Shown: positions 39,701 to 54,739, counted from the stretch's first letter. The stretch is DNA of 64,000 nt from Octopus sinensis (GCF_006345805.1 NC_043004.1:16430001-16494000); one strand, 5' to 3'. Notes: generated from the sequence alone by a model not told the origin. A program made the numbers and translations.

Positions 39701-42229
39701 GGGGAGTGAAAGAGCTGGCCTGGTGATTAAGATCTCGTATGCAAAATTATGGTTTCGATTTCGGGAGCGGGTGGTGCGTTCTGTTCTAGAAGAAATCACT
39801 TCATTATACGTTTCACTGCTATCACTTCAACATTCTATATGTGGCCAAACGTGCACCACCCGTACATTTAATGCCGACTTGATTGAGGGCTTGTGCAGAT
39901 TTTTCAGTAAGAAATTACTAATAGATAGAGGGGTTCAACGTATATATTTCTCAAATTTCATTTATTCAAAGAAGGGAATTATGGAAGGAAATGTTTCCCA
40001 CTTCTATCAGCAAATACACGTAACACACATGTGGCAATATTGAAATACGTGTGTAGCACGAAATATAACAAAATATAATTTTGACTCGGAATCAAAATCA
40101 TTTTATCTATAAAAAACTCCTTCATTAAGATAAAGAGAATAACTTTATCTAATCAGAGCTCTATATTTTCAAGCGGTAAATACAATTTGGTTTTGATTTA
40201 GCTGCTACCGCTGGCCTATTTCGTGAGTATAACTATCTTAATATTTTCTTTAGTGGTGTTACATCTGTACAGTGTGGGTACGTGTATGTGCCCATCAAAT
40301 TATTAAGACAGGAATAGTTTGATATTTAATGTAAACAAACTGAAATAATGTGATAAATGTAATAAAATTGTCTTCAAGATATATATTTTACAAAATATTC
40401 TTACGTTATCAGTAATTTTGCCAAAAAGAAATCTTGTGTTTCAGATATTCACCCCATATCAAAGTTTATTTGCCGTTTACAGCTCTGTCTGCACTCCAAA
40501 GTATATCGTGGCATTTACTTGAAATATGGTATAACTACAGGCGATAATATTTCTTAGTATGATTCGCGAACTTTTGAATATTTGGCAATGTAAATGAGTT
40601 TTGCAACCTCATTTATAAGTGCAAATTCACAACTGTTCTGATACAAGTTATTCATAGATTTGTGATGCAGAAGATAAAATAGTATACGATAATCTTTCTT
40701 CCGTATATTGAAATTAGACATACTGTTTGAATATGTTCGATGTATCAAAATGATATATTGGAAATATAAATAATCTGCACTCTATTACGCAATATTTTAT
40801 ACAGTAATATAAAGTATTGTAAACTACCAGCTGTTTCTTATTCAAACGTTTATACATTTTCAACATTAACCGTTGCTATAAATAAATAGGAATATATTAT
40901 CACAATTGAATGTAACAAGACAATTTGGGAACATATAAGTTTAGACTTTTTATACGAATCTAAGTATTGTTTTGATATCTATGTGGCAATTGATCTCTCA
41001 ATTTCGTAGAACCAAATTACACTGCATCTGGTGGATATTTCGACACTGAATATATCAGCCGTGGAACTAAAATATCGCAGGTGATAAAAATAATATCACT
41101 ACGTCAAATATTTGATATTATCTAAGTATTTAATCTGTTTAATGACCTCAGCTATAATATGAATGTTGACTCAGTGGCTTAAAAATGAAAGAATGCTTAT
41201 AATAATTTTACATTTCCGGTTCTTCTTGAGTTATATTTTAAATGATATTCTGACGAGCGCAAAAGACCCAGGTGTACTTCTATAGTACAAAGAGTTTCAA
41301 GACTTAAGATAAATTCTCGAAACTCGGTCCATTATTCTTTTGCAAAAAAATGTAAAGCCTTGCTCTCTTAAGATATAGAAATTATTCTTAATAGTTTCGT
41401 AACAATTATGTATGCAGTGAATATTAGATATTACCACGCAGATCATTTAGATGTATGTGTCAAGCATCTGTGCTATATGGAAATTAATTACTTGTTTTCA
41501 GACACTGATAATGAGGTTGAGGCTTCAATTATTTCATTTACTTCCCACAATTAATGTCACTTAGTACTAGTCAGATAGTGTCATGAGCGTGAACTACGCA
41601 ATTTAATACTCCGCTGTTTTAAAAATACAAACTAACACCTTTTCTTCTTATGATGGATAACTTTATAGATAGTCTAGGCAGTTTACATCCAACAGTATGC
41701 CATTCCAACCATAAAAATCATGTCTACGTTTTTGGTTGTTGTAGATTTAATATATTTATCTGCTGTTTAGAAGAAGCTGCCTTTTGATCTGGGGTTGATG
41801 TCGATGCTATTTATAAGAGTTCAATTGACCACGTAGAGCCTGCGTCGCTGGCACAAGTTCAGTAAATCTGTGCCAGTTAGTTTAAGTATGTCATTTATTG
41901 ACCAGTATTTTACATATAAATGCTCTCATAAAACATAAATCTTTTTAGAACACTTTCACAACTAAACACTGGTCGTTTTGCAACACTAAGTACAAAAGAT
42001 AACAAACCATATGTTGCTTTGATAAATTTTCACAGGTTTAAATGACACTATTAATAAATGGAGACGATACTGCATAGTAAATGTTTTGATCTGAGCTTAT
42101 TACCTAAAACTAAAGTGGTTGTAGTCTGGAAAACATAAGTAAGCCACTCAAAAACATAGAAAGATCTGCACCTTCACTTAAACATTTATTTGTAATTTGC
42201 TGTCAACATTTTTTGTCAGTAAAAGGGTC

Positions 42230-42660
42230 GCACTTACAGGTCAGGTATGGGGGCATACGTGGTTGCAGCACGTTACTGCATTCTACATCAGTCAATATAT
42301 TTTTGCGTCCACCCGGGTGATCCGTCTAGCACGAAATGCACTCAATTCCTATCTCAGCAAGAAGCCTCCTCATCTGCCGTGGCCATGTAGCATGTGGTTG
42401 ACCAACGCGAGCCGTCAAACCAACCAGGTCCTCACTGAGAAGAACACGGTAGGATCTAGTTCGCAAATCGAGAAACGTGGTCAAACAGTATGACCTGGTG
42501 CACCCGGATTATAAGACCAACAGGACTCATACCAGTTTCTGATTCGTGTCGTTGGCTGGATAAGAAATTCCACCAATGGTAACCCATAATCCTGCGACAC
42601 ATTATGGTACCAAGGCATTCAGGCGGCTCCAAAGGTCCCCGGACAGTGCCCAAGTTTCAC
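42230..42660 (-). mobile_element. RTE-clade LINE, 3' fragment
   Basis: CRRIMGYHWWNFLSSQR..SETGM...IIRVHQVILFDHVSRF matches the RTE post-RT pattern CLRRI.GY.W.DFVSN.RL..ETG...RQLRL.GHVAR; locally GC-rich. Confidence 0.75.
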
Positions 42661-43985
42661 GACTATAGAATATGACAGGGAGGACAAGAGGCTTACAAAT
42701 GAGTCCACAACTACACCAGAACATCCAAGTTTTCAGACACAAATAATACCGTTTTGAATCACACTGCTGCTATATTCTCATTACCGTAGTTTTGAGCGAC
42801 AAACATTTTAACATCATATTGCAAATGGTTGTTTAAGTGATATTGAGGAATTTCTGTGTTTTTGAATGTTTAATTTGTCTTCCACGTAGCAATTTGCATT
42901 TTTAAATATTATACATTCGAACCTTTATTAAGAAGTGTAACTATAATGTAAACTGTAGTGTAATGCTGGATTAAATGAGTCCTTCAGTGACGTTCATAAT
43001 GTAATATATATGCATTGCACTAACATTTCTCAAATATAAATTTTTGATGTTTGTTTTTCCATCAAAACAAACCATTTTTATGTTGTTCAATCTAGTGTTT
43101 AAGATATTCACATCTTTTGAGGACTACGGTCATATTTTCAAGTAGAATGTTTTCTATTCTTTATGCTTACATAAACACGTGAAAAATGCATGGGAACGCC
43201 GAGTCCCGCTTCACAGAAAAACTGCATATCAAATCAGGTGCACTAGGTGTACGATGTGTGCAATAGTATTTTAATTCTTTTAAACAACGCATTGATCTAT
43301 TCACAAGCTGATTTCTCATATTCGTTTGCCGGAAGTATGGTGGCTGTTATAAAAACATTGTGAGGAATTAACTTTTCCCAGTGTTATCATCTAATTCATG
43401 TTATATATTTCGCAAAAAACTGTAGGAGTTTTCCATATACTTCCATATTTGCACATCAAAGCTAACGTAAAATTGAGTTGATATATGCGCATATGTCCTA
43501 CCTCTGCCATTTGCTCCGTGCATTTATAACGCGTTTTCTCAACTATCTCAGTTCAGTTTCAATATTGCATGAAGATACGGTGGTAAAACGATAATATTTC
43601 AAAGAATGAATAATATTTCCATTACATGATAGAGTATATTTAACATATCCATGCGATTTTGTGCATTTATTTGTAATTTCAACAAAGGCTTAAATCAACA
43701 AAGGTTCAACACTCGACCCATTGCCACACCACTTCCATTTCATCTCGGTACGGTTTGATAGAATGAGGATTATGGGTCCCGTTCAAAGGCTTTACAGCTA
43801 AAATAATCCATACTGTAAATCCGCCATTGATTATTATTTCTACTTCGACTGAAACTCGCAATAACCGATATATTTTCCGCACTGAAAACAAATAAGAATA
43901 ATGATAAAATATTGTTGATATATGCAGTTACTGTAATATGATAATGTCATATAAGTGTTAAGCAATTCTTCTATAGCAATAACCA

Positions 43986-44032
<47 letters not shown>

Positions 44033-44034
44033 AT

Positions 44035-44066
<32 letters not shown>

Positions 44067-44346
44067 CAAGCAAAATTGAATAGTAAACTTACATAATTGC
44101 ATTGCTAGCTACGAGTATAAACGAAATATACTGTGATTAGTAATAGCAACGAATCATACAATAATCTCACTAATAACCCAGTAATATGTGGTTTTAGACT
44201 TGCCCTCTAGCAAGAGAAAGCCGGAGGCTCATCTCATATGCCTGTAAAACACATTTCCTATTTGAAATAATCATTAATTACAGAGGCTTTATCTCATATA
44301 CACACTAAGTGCAATTACAGAATGACACGGACGATATATATGTATG

Positions 44347-44434
<88 letters not shown>

Positions 44435-45340
44435 ATACAATATGTTACATTACTCGGTAGTCAAGATAAAACTCTGAGTTTCAGATGCCGAAGTGGAAAT
44501 CCACAACACCATCTCTTCGGTTATCTGGCTATTTGAAAACGTTATGAAAAAATACCGTTAAAAATGAAGGGAAATTACTCTGTTATAACTCTGCTTTGCC
44601 TGCGTACTTATACATCGCTCGCATTTTTCGTCATAAAAATTATATAAAAATACATAAAAATATATAAAAATATATAAAATCTTCTTGGGACATAACACAG
44701 AAAGCATGTTCTATCCGTTTTCTTTAGGGGACCAAAAACGTAACAGAAATTTAGTCACATGTGGGCATGATCCGAAAAGCTCTGTCCTTGTATTTAGACA
44801 TGTGGTAGGGTCTAAGCTGCTTTTCCAGATAAGCCATCTCTCCATGTCGCATAAACCGCACCTTCCGCTGCCGTTAGTATAGGGCTTACATCTGGCCAAA
44901 ATCTTCCATTGTATGTTATAATCGACACCTTTATCTCTTAAAGACCAAATATGATTGGATAATTGTGTCGCTTTTCTTTTGTTCCAGTGCCTAAAGCTCA
45001 AAGTGTGGTTATTGAACCTGGCCTTGAAATTACCCTCTGTCAGGCCCACGTATTTCTTCGTCGAAACGGTGTCTTTAGTGGTTATAGAGTTTACGGTAGC
45101 TTCATATATGATGGTCTTGGACATGCAAGCTCCATTTAGCGGGCACAATTCTTTATTCCTGCATGAACAGCTGTTTTCTTCTTGTGTTTTTTGTATGTTA
45201 TGATTGATTATGTTTTTAAAATTGGTAGTTGAACTAAAACTAATTTTTAAATTGTGTCTATTAAAGAGTTTCCTATAAGCATGGTTAACTGGAAAATGTC
45301 TATCTATCAGTGCTAGGAAATATTTACCTATATTGAAGGC

Positions 45341-45342
<2 letters not shown>
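44435..45342 (-). mobile_element. 5'-truncated Penelope-like element: GIY-YIG region plus 3' pseudo-LTR with HHR-like motif
   Basis: Bounded by (TA)n on both sides. Segment 44440-44530 is nearly identical to the arms of the hairpin at 58179-58405. Confidence 0.88.
44711..45342 (-). pseudogene. PLE C-terminal linker and GIY-YIG endonuclease (frame open, N-terminus lost)
   Basis: NIGKYFLALIDRHFP, CSCRNKELCPLNGAC, TIIYEATV..KYVGLTEGNFKARFNNH, CGLCDMER, LNTRTELFGSCPH. The ORF-track extension to 45478 is microsatellite. Confidence 0.88.
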
Positions 45343-45376
<34 letters not shown>

Positions 45377-45386
45377 CACAGACACA

Positions 45387-45449
<63 letters not shown>

Positions 45450-45454
45450 GTATA

Positions 45455-47570
45455 TATAATAAAAGAAGGAAAATGCATGGATGTGTTACTTATCTGTTTA
45501 TGTAGTGAGGTTCTCCGTCTTAGGGTCGTACGTGTCTGTCCAATATAGTTATGTCCAAAGTGTGAGGAGGGTATAACTTAAATCAGATTCTCGGAACCAC
45601 AAGTGAAGTTGATTTCAATTGTGAACCTCTCTCCTTGCTTGTAAACTATAAAGAACATAAAAGAATGAAAGATCCTGCAACCTCTATTCTTCTACATGGA
45701 AACGGCCTGACAGTAAAATAAATAGATTATATCACGAATTTTATATGCAAAAACTTGACTTTTTTACGGCGTACCTAAAATACACAAAAGCAAGAGAGTA
45801 AACGAAGCCTGCAAACAATCACCAGGCAAATACATAAATATCAAAGCGCAAGAAGACTTAAAGTTAAGACCCACTGAAACTGGCCGAGCCTGTGAAACTC
45901 ACTGCCTAAGCAATTTTGAAGACATTCTACTGAAACCCTTGCTGAAATACATCAAAAGATGATCTAGACATGCTTGAGCACCTACCAAAAACAACTAATG
46001 AAGTGATATTATTGGTTTCCTTTGATCTTAGTAGTCTTTACATCAACATCTCACATGTCTATTGAATGGAAGTAATAAAACTCTGGTTGGAAAGTATCCC
46101 GAAGTATTTTCTGAACGCATAAAGTAGGTTTTTATCATTGAAGCTTTCAAATGTATACTTCAGAACAATTATTTCCTATTTGATGGCACCTCCTGTGGTT
46201 AAAAATCCGGAATTGCGATGGGAACGAAATTAGCCCCTGTTCTTGCGAACCTAATGATGGGATATTTTGAAATCACCCTATATGAAGTATCTCAGCAAAA
46301 ATATGGATAAACGTTCACCCTTTATATAATTGAGAACTGGGACAGTTGCCTGGCACATCACTTTATCAATTGGAATGAGTCCATTGTTAAACGTTTGGAA
46401 TTTAAATCAATAAAATAAACCCTAACTTTGGATTTACAATGGAATATATCATAGAACAACTCGATTTTTGAGTATTAGGATAAAAAAAGTCAAGAACCAA
46501 ATTGTAACTGACATTTAACCAACTGACTTGAAGCAATATCTCCTTTTACCTCATACCACCCGAAAGACATCAAAAGAATTGTCCCCTTTAATGTATCAGA
46601 TTTGCAGAATAGAGACTGGTAGACATACTCGGGACCTTCACCACAACACTAAATGAAAGATAACGTCCACCCTCATTTATAGACGATGGAATTAAGCGTA
46701 CCAAGAAATTAGGCAGTAAAACATCAAGAGCAACAAAACATAACACCACACCTCATCTGAAAATACTATCATATATCAACTCATAACTCTAGGAACAAAG
46801 AGGCATGCAACACTATTGTCCAATATTTTAAAATGCTTGCCAGAAAACCAAAAATGAACAACATTCTGAAAATACCTCGATTCACCAAACAGAAAATGCA
46901 ATACAAATCGCTGAAGCCAATGGTTCAACCAGGTGGACGCCCAAACTTGGAATATGCCCCAACCTACTGGAAGGCTCGGAATTCCTATTCAAACAAGGAA
47001 AGAGCTTTCAATTAAAACCAACTTGACATGTGCTTCCGAGAATCTAATTTATGTCATAACTTTGAAAGGTTATGGATATAGCTATATAGGACAGACGAGT
47101 ATGACACTAGGACGGAGAACCACACTATATAAGTAACAGATCCGGTTCCCGCAATACAGATTCATTTAGAGAGATGTGCAGGTAATATCCAACCAAAATA
47201 CACACTTTTCTCCATCTACCAGATAAAAAATTTCTATACAAGAGCTTTCAAGTAAAGAAAATTTGTTCATTGAAAAATAAAGAACATATATAAATATGAA
47301 AGCATAACCAACTTTGGTCTCAGTACGTATATTAAATCCTGATCACATACCCTTCACTGTATATAGATCATCTCACTACTTTAGCTTTTAAATTTTTATG
47401 TATCTCCAAAAGATGAGAAATTCCCACCCCTGTCCCTAATAATAACGATCATCAATTACGTCCCCTTAGATGGTAAACCTTTCATTCACAAACTCCACAA
47501 ACAACATACGAAATTGCAATAAGTTCATGATTAGCGAAAGCGAAACCTGTCGCCAAGCACATTTTCCTTC

Positions 47571-47575
<5 letters not shown>
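45455..47575 (+). mobile_element. Decayed Neptune-type Penelope-like element (RT + GIY-YIG) with short inverted end
   Basis: FYGVPKIHK, LKLRP, LVSFDLSSLYINI, GIAMGTKLAPVLANLMMGYFE, LTCASENLIYVITL...YIGQT; many stops. Ends GAAGGAAAATG / CATTTTCCTTC lie next to (TA)n. Confidence 0.85.
47527..47551 (+). ncRNA. HHR-like motif at the 3' end of the Neptune-type PLE
   Basis: ATGATTA-GC(GAAA)GC-GAAA-C-CT-GTC; stem I is not evident. Confidence 0.4.
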
Positions 47576-47619
<44 letters not shown>

Positions 47620-47690
47620 CATATTGCATTACAACACACAGACACATACACACACATATATAGGTATATTTATATATGTATATGTATGTG

Positions 47691-47737
<47 letters not shown>

Positions 47738-48450
47738 CAGCAAAAATACTCTGAATTTCTTGACATTCTTCTAAATGGTATTTGAATCGACTTGTCATAC
47801 ATAAAAAGTTAACTTCATTGTAAATTCTACATTTATTGGTGTCTGATTGTTTGATAGTGTTAACCAAGTTCGTCTACAACTGAGTGCCTAATTGTTGTCT
47901 GCCTGGAGTTTTAATGCCTTTATAGCATCTAATATACATATAGACACAAGCACATACATACATGCATACATACATAGATTCATACATACATACTGTACCC
48001 AATAAAAGATGAGGACTATTGATAAAGAGTGTCTAAATCAACAACACACGATACACTGCCAGCTTCATAATCGTTGTTGAAGCAACACAGTATATACAAA
48101 TCCGCCTGGAGCAAAATGTGTGTGAAGTTGTGTCCTCGGGGAAGGAGAACACAAATCCTTTATTCTTATTCATAACAAATGATCAAGATATCTGGGACTA
48201 TAAATATCTGCAAGGATAATGGTTAAAAGAAAATGCTTTCCTTCACAACTATACTACTGAGTAGGTGACCGGTCAAAATTTATTCTAAATTAAAAATAGA
48301 AAGAAAATACAGATAGATATATTCATTCATACGTACATATGTGTGTGTGTGTGTGTATAGATGCTTGTATATACATTCATATATATATAGTCATATATTT
48401 TTTCATATAAATGTGTGTATATATATATATAGATGCGTGTATATACATTC

Positions 48451-48523
<73 letters not shown>

Positions 48524-48930
48524 CATACAACACAAACACACGCACATTTATGTATGTATTATGCATGTATGAGTGTCTTTTAATATGACTGCAGGCTAAT
48601 TAACGCCCATTGTATCATTCGTACGTTATAAACAAATGTTTAACAGTAAAATGCAAAAAATTCAGGTTCACAGATTATTTGCGGAATTATTTAAGTGAGA
48701 GCATAAAAGTTTTTTAACGAGAAATTCGATCAGTAGGATATTATATATATATAATAAATATTAGGGAATGAATCCAAAATTACAGGGAAAAATCAGATTT
48801 AGGGTTAAATCCAATTTTATAGTAAAATATTATATAATTATTATATAATATAATATTATATTATATTATATTATATAAAATATTATATTATATAATTGTT
48901 TGGTTTTAAAATAGTGGTTTTGTCTCGAAT

Positions 48931-49006
<76 letters not shown>

Positions 49007-50318
49007 ATAATTCTGATGTATGGTTAAATAATCCCTATCAAGATATAAGAGAGATCACTAAACATGTACACACCCTAATACATCCGTGTTGAAATTCACT
49101 TTAAAATCACAAAAGAATTAAAAGTAAAGTTAATTTCGTTTGTTTTTTGCATTATGATTGGAATTTACTACTAAAGGATTAAACAACTAGGTTCTCAGAG
49201 ATTAAACACCACGTTCTCGTGTATTCTACAATTTTTGATGCTGAATTTAGCTATGAATAGGGTCCGACATTCATTTCTTCTAAGATTTTAACTAGCCCAA
49301 GTGGAAGCTTCAATATGGTCGCTCACTTTCCAACCTTAGAAATGGTGGATCACCTTGAATAAATAGCTTTATTCAGAAAATCTTTCATCAAAGGTCAGCT
49401 CATTCCTGGATTGATCGTGGCTCAAAACAACAAAAACAACAAATAAGAGTTCTAGCTGGGTTGTTAGTGAGTTTCTATACCATACTACGACTTGTTAGAA
49501 TTAGCAGCCAACTATTATATATGTCACAATGTTATCTCTAAAAGTAATGGTATGCAAGAAAAAGCGGTCATGCAAACATTTCAAGATCGATGGTTACAGC
49601 TACAATTCCGATCAAAACTTGAAAAATGGATACAAATAAACAAACAGTTCAACACTAAAATCAATACCAACGGTGGAAAACTGTCTAATGTAATGTCTCC
49701 GAAAAATATTGCAGCCATTATGGAACGACACATTTGGAACACGGCAGCACAAAACTCATACAAATCACACAGAAGAACAAACCCACACAAACACACACAC
49801 ACACATACATACACACACACATACACACATACGTACGCACGTACATGCACAGATATTCAGATGTTGGCTCAGTGTCCAGTTATAAGTATCACAATGGACA
49901 ACACACACAGACACGTAAATAATGCAAATATCACTACAAGAGATACAAAAATCCCACAGTTAATTCTCTTATATACGAAGCAACCAATTACCAGCGCATC
50001 TATATATCTCATCAAGCTACTTACGACAATTTCTTCCAGAAATCAATTTCTCACACATTCAAATATTCACACACTTGCACATACCTAGCTCTCAATCGGG
50101 TTAACCATTCAGGTTAATGCATTCAATTACTAATCAGACCATTACCCTTTATCATTAGGTTCTCTGTACAACAATGCTTGGTAGCTGCAACATCCAAACT
50201 ACCATCGACGTAAACAGTACGCTTCACTGCATTCTATTAATGACTTATACAAAAAATATCTCAACCCGACATTTAGAATCAATAGAAAATACTGGCTAGC
50301 TAGCAAACTACAATTCAG

Positions 50319-50360
<42 letters not shown>

Positions 50361-50369
50361 ATATATATA

Positions 50370-50437
<68 letters not shown>

Positions 50438-51282
50438 AGAAGACCATTTTAAGAATTTCCCAAATGGATTATTCCAACAAGACCGCATTATGGAATGTTT
50501 TCCGACAGGATTATCACAATACTACTTGATTTACCTAGATTATTATTTAAATAATATCTCGTATAAACATTCAGGCAAACCCCGTACGAATACGACATCA
50601 ACATCCAATCCCCTCAACATCATCTTAATATAACTCCACAATTGTTTTCACGTCAAGAATCTCCAAAATATGTTGGCTCTAGATCATCAGATATAATGTA
50701 GCACTAACGAATCTCCTGTCTCCCTCTTTATCAGCAACTATGGAGAAGAACGAATATAATGAAACTGCATAAACAAAGATATCAATGTACGACGGACAAA
50801 ATATTTAATTGCGAAGTACCTAACACAACATTTCTACAGCAACGCCAGTACACGTCAATAACGGAGTAAAGAGGACAAGATCACACAAAAGATATATAAT
50901 TTCTCACCGGTACAATATTTCATCAACAGAAAGATACCATGACTTATGCAAGCTCAGTTTTAAATCCCAATGTAATCGTGCTAATCGCTAATGAAAACAA
51001 GCAATATATTTCACCATATCGCATGTATTACATATTCTTCACCCATAAGCCATTAGTTCAACGAAACAAAATGCAAAAAAAGAAATCATATGGACACGCG
51101 CTAAGCCATTACATGTATAATTAGTATGAAGATTTATTTTCAACGTTTCAAAGCTCAACTACCATACCATTATGAAAAACGGTTATATATTTTAGTTGGT
51201 ACAGGTAACACATAGTAATACGTAGACGCAAATGAAGTGATAGCATCAGCTGGATTATTAATCCTATACACTATATATTGTT

Positions 51283-51588
51283 TGCACCCTTTTCAAGCCT
51301 AGCCAGGCTCATGGGCCCAGTTTCTCGGTTTCTGTGGCGTATGTATTCCCCACCAGCTGGTCGGGACGCCAGTCCATCGCAGTGTTACTCAAGAAACAGG
51401 AAGAAAGAGTGAGAGAAAGTTGAAGCGAAAGAGTACAACAGGGGTCGCCAATACCCCCTGCCGAAGCTCCGTGGAGCTTTTAGGTGTTTTCGCTCAATAA
51501 ACACACACAACGCCCGGTCTGGGAATCTAAACCGCGATCCTCCGACCGTCAGCCCGCTGCCCTAAACATTGGGCCATTGCGCCTCCAC
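51283..51588 (-). mobile_element. tRNA-derived SINE, body type B with tail type 2
   Basis: Head GTGGAGGCGCAATGGCCCAATG; TSD ATACACTATRTAT at 51266-51278 / 51589-51601; same family as 55712-56031. Confidence 0.9.
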
Positions 51589-53169
51589 ATACACTATGTA
51601 TATGTACCAATAATAAAGTGCGTTGGTACATCACATGTACCAAGTGCACAGAGTGCGCCTCTCCTGTAGGAGTAGTCAGAATGTACAGGTGTAATGAGAC
51701 ATAAAGTAGACAGATTATATGTCCAGACTTTAACACGGTTTTCCATAAATTTAACTATTACAAGTTAGAGTACGATCCTCCTTTCAATAGACATATGGCG
51801 TTGCTGCATATAAAACTACAATTATGGACAACGGTGGAACTGTTTCAGTTTGAATACAACCTCTCAGATCCAGTTATTCGTCAAAACAATTACAGCTCTG
51901 AAATTATTCATATTCTTAATTGAATATCACTGATGATATCATTTCATATATTAATTGATTCATTACCCTTTCGTTCAACATTACTACTGACTATCACATT
52001 TCATATATAAACTTATCAAGTTAACAGATGTACTATTATATATAAAGGACAGTCGACGCTATTAAATATATATATATTTAATTTATATATTAAATATATA
52101 ATTAAGTAATTTGAGCGTAAGATATACTCTAAGAACTTCAACGATTATTAAATATAACAATTCGTGTACCGTTACGATATTAGCAGATATATAATGTATG
52201 TTCACAAATGATAAAATAGTATGAACAGAAATAACTACGAAGCAACAGGATATTACCACATAACATGATCTTTACTATAATTCATAATAACAAACGCATT
52301 GCACAAGAAGTTACAATATTCTGGGTAAAATATAATGTTAACAAATTTAATATATCCAGTACATGATGGTGTCTGACACTATAAGCCAAGATATAATACA
52401 CAACAACTTTTGTTTTAAATATTTTTTGTTGATTCGATTATTAAAGTTGCGTGAAGGCTTGTTCCTGTTGATCAGCTAATGAGAACAATCTTTACAGAAT
52501 TTCCATTTGAATTAATGAAGGTATTCATGCAAACGTTTGGTTTTTAAATCAGAATAAAACATATGTCTCGAAACTAAATAAGTGTTATTATGCTGTCAAC
52601 ACACGTCGACACAATATCAATAATATCATTTGAAAGTCAAATAAAAGAAGCTGCAAACAGTTGATTGAATGTAGTCAACTTTTCCTTGCGTTGTCTTCAA
52701 GATGTGTTGTCAATAGAAAAAGAAAAAAAGACAAGCATTCATACTGTTCTTGCAATAGACGTTATTAACTGTACTACTCTGATATTATATAAACATAACT
52801 TTAATAATACACCCAGATTTTTTTGCAAACAAATTTGCTTTGGGGAATGATTACAGATTTTGTGAGTAGCTACTATTATATATGACTAAAAATATATGAA
52901 GCAATAGTAACCTGAAGTATCAAACTAAAAGCAACCTACTAGTGTTTGCTTTAAATTCAAATCAATAATGTTTTCCCTTCAGATTTCTAGACAAATATCA
53001 ATGTCTAGCGACGATTCTATTGTGCAGATTCTTGAGTATCAATAATACCTACCTTGGTTGGAAAATCTCAGTTGCAATACTTTCTGTTTATTCTGGTGTA
53101 AAAATACACCACATTTGACGACGTGTCACCTAATGAAATTTAAATAAAGCTTTGTAGTAGTTAATAGAT

Positions 53170-53515
53170 GTAGAGGTGCGTGGCCTAGTGGTTAGGGTGT
53201 TGAACTCATGATCGTAAGGTTGGGATTTCGATTCCTGGACCGGGTGATGTGTTGTGTTCTTGAGCCAAATACTTCATTTCACGTTACTCCAGTCCACTCA
53301 GCTGCCAAAAATGAGTAACGCTGCGATGGACTGGCGCCCCGTCCAGCTGGGGAACACATACGCCATTGAAACTGGGAAACCGCTCTTATGAGCCTGGCAT
53401 CGCTCGAAAAGGAACATTTATTATTTGTGGAGGCGCGTGACTTCGTGGTTAGGGTGTCAGCATCAGGATCATAAGATTGTGGCTAGGTTTTAAAAGGGCG
53501 CATTTATTTATTATC
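53170..53515 (+). mobile_element. Dimeric tRNA-derived SINE, CORE-like body with tail type 2
   Basis: A-box TGGCCTAGTGG, B-box TTCGATTCC; a second head starts at ~53426. One TSD TAGTAGYTAATAGAT at 53155-53169 / 53516-53530. Confidence 0.88.
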
Positions 53516-54294
53516 TAGTAGCTAATAGATAGTCTTCCCAGTAATGTGTTAGACAAAAGAAGAAAGTGTTGCGACAGTGTTAGTAATTCTCAATTGATAT
53601 TGTGCGTAAACATAAATTTGTTACCAGGTCAAATACGTTTGTGGCATATTCGAACTCGTAAGACAGATGTTCACTGTATTTGCCCCACGACAAAATTCAG
53701 TGAATGGCGTCCTTGTGAGTTCAAATATGCATCAAGGGCATTTGAACTGGGAATTAAGTTTGTACGTATACACATCACTGATTAGTGATTTAATTACTGC
53801 TTAAACAATATCACATATTTATTATGCATAATATTTCAGTCTTAATTATAAATAAGTTATTATGCATTAAAATTCATATATAAAATAAGGAGAATGAAGT
53901 ATTTCAACATTCAAACTTTATATTATTTTAAATAAAGAGAAAGTTTGAAACAAATACAAAGTTTGAAGTTGAAATTGTCCATTCTCCTTATTATCAATAC
54001 TGTACTTTACACTCTAAGTTGCCAACTCGGATCGGAGTCAAAGGAAATTTACCATAAAACGCATTGTCTGAAAGAACCAGTTTGCCATTTTACATAGAGA
54101 AATTCGATATTTGCGTGGATATTATATACCTCCACTTACTATATATATATATGCGCGCGTGTGTGTGTGTGTGCGTGTGAGTGTGTGTATGTATGTAGAT
54201 ATATATATATATATAATAACATGAGGGAATATTATTCCAAACTTACAGGGAAAAATTCAACTTAGAAATACTAAATCAAATTTCACAAAATATA

Positions 54295-54341
<47 letters not shown>

Positions 54342-54701
54342 TTAGAGATATGATATTAATCTTATATTTAATCTTTCTATAAGTTGTAATTTTTCTAAAT
54401 AGTATAATTCAATTTTTTCATTATTGAATTGATAAAATGTGGTTTCTAATTGATATATATATATATATATATTATGAGATAACAAAACCGAGGCTATGAG
54501 GGGTTTTCAGGACATTTATAAGGAACAACAAAGCATTGGCTTTGTTGTCTCACTTTGATTAATATATATTACAAGAGTAAACAAGACAGACAGAGACAGA
54601 CAGAAACAAGGATAATGCCATTTGCATTTGAATACTATACAAATATTCTTTAAAAAAAAAACTTTTATCTTAACATTTCTAAATTTAATTGTTTAATTGT
54701 T

Positions 54702-54739
54702 ACAGTTGAAAAAGTCTCAATGACTGAAACCGGTACTAA
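54702..54739 (+). ncRNA. Variant minimal HHR-like motif (U3-A8) in a (TA)n-flanked repeat
   Basis: AG-TTGAAAA-AGTC(TCAAT)GACT-GAAA-C-CG-GTA-CT; related copies in both arms of 61402-61662. Confidence 0.55.

Noticed and set aside
49492-51000. 198 aa ORF and downstream RT-like fragments
   Set aside because: The ORF is padded by CA repeats and has no motif; the downstream PLE-like echoes are too weak.
53628-53657. 30 nt AG/GTAAG-bounded microexon encoding GQIRLWHIRT (WD40-like)
   Set aside because: Too short, weak polypyrimidine tract and no partner exons.
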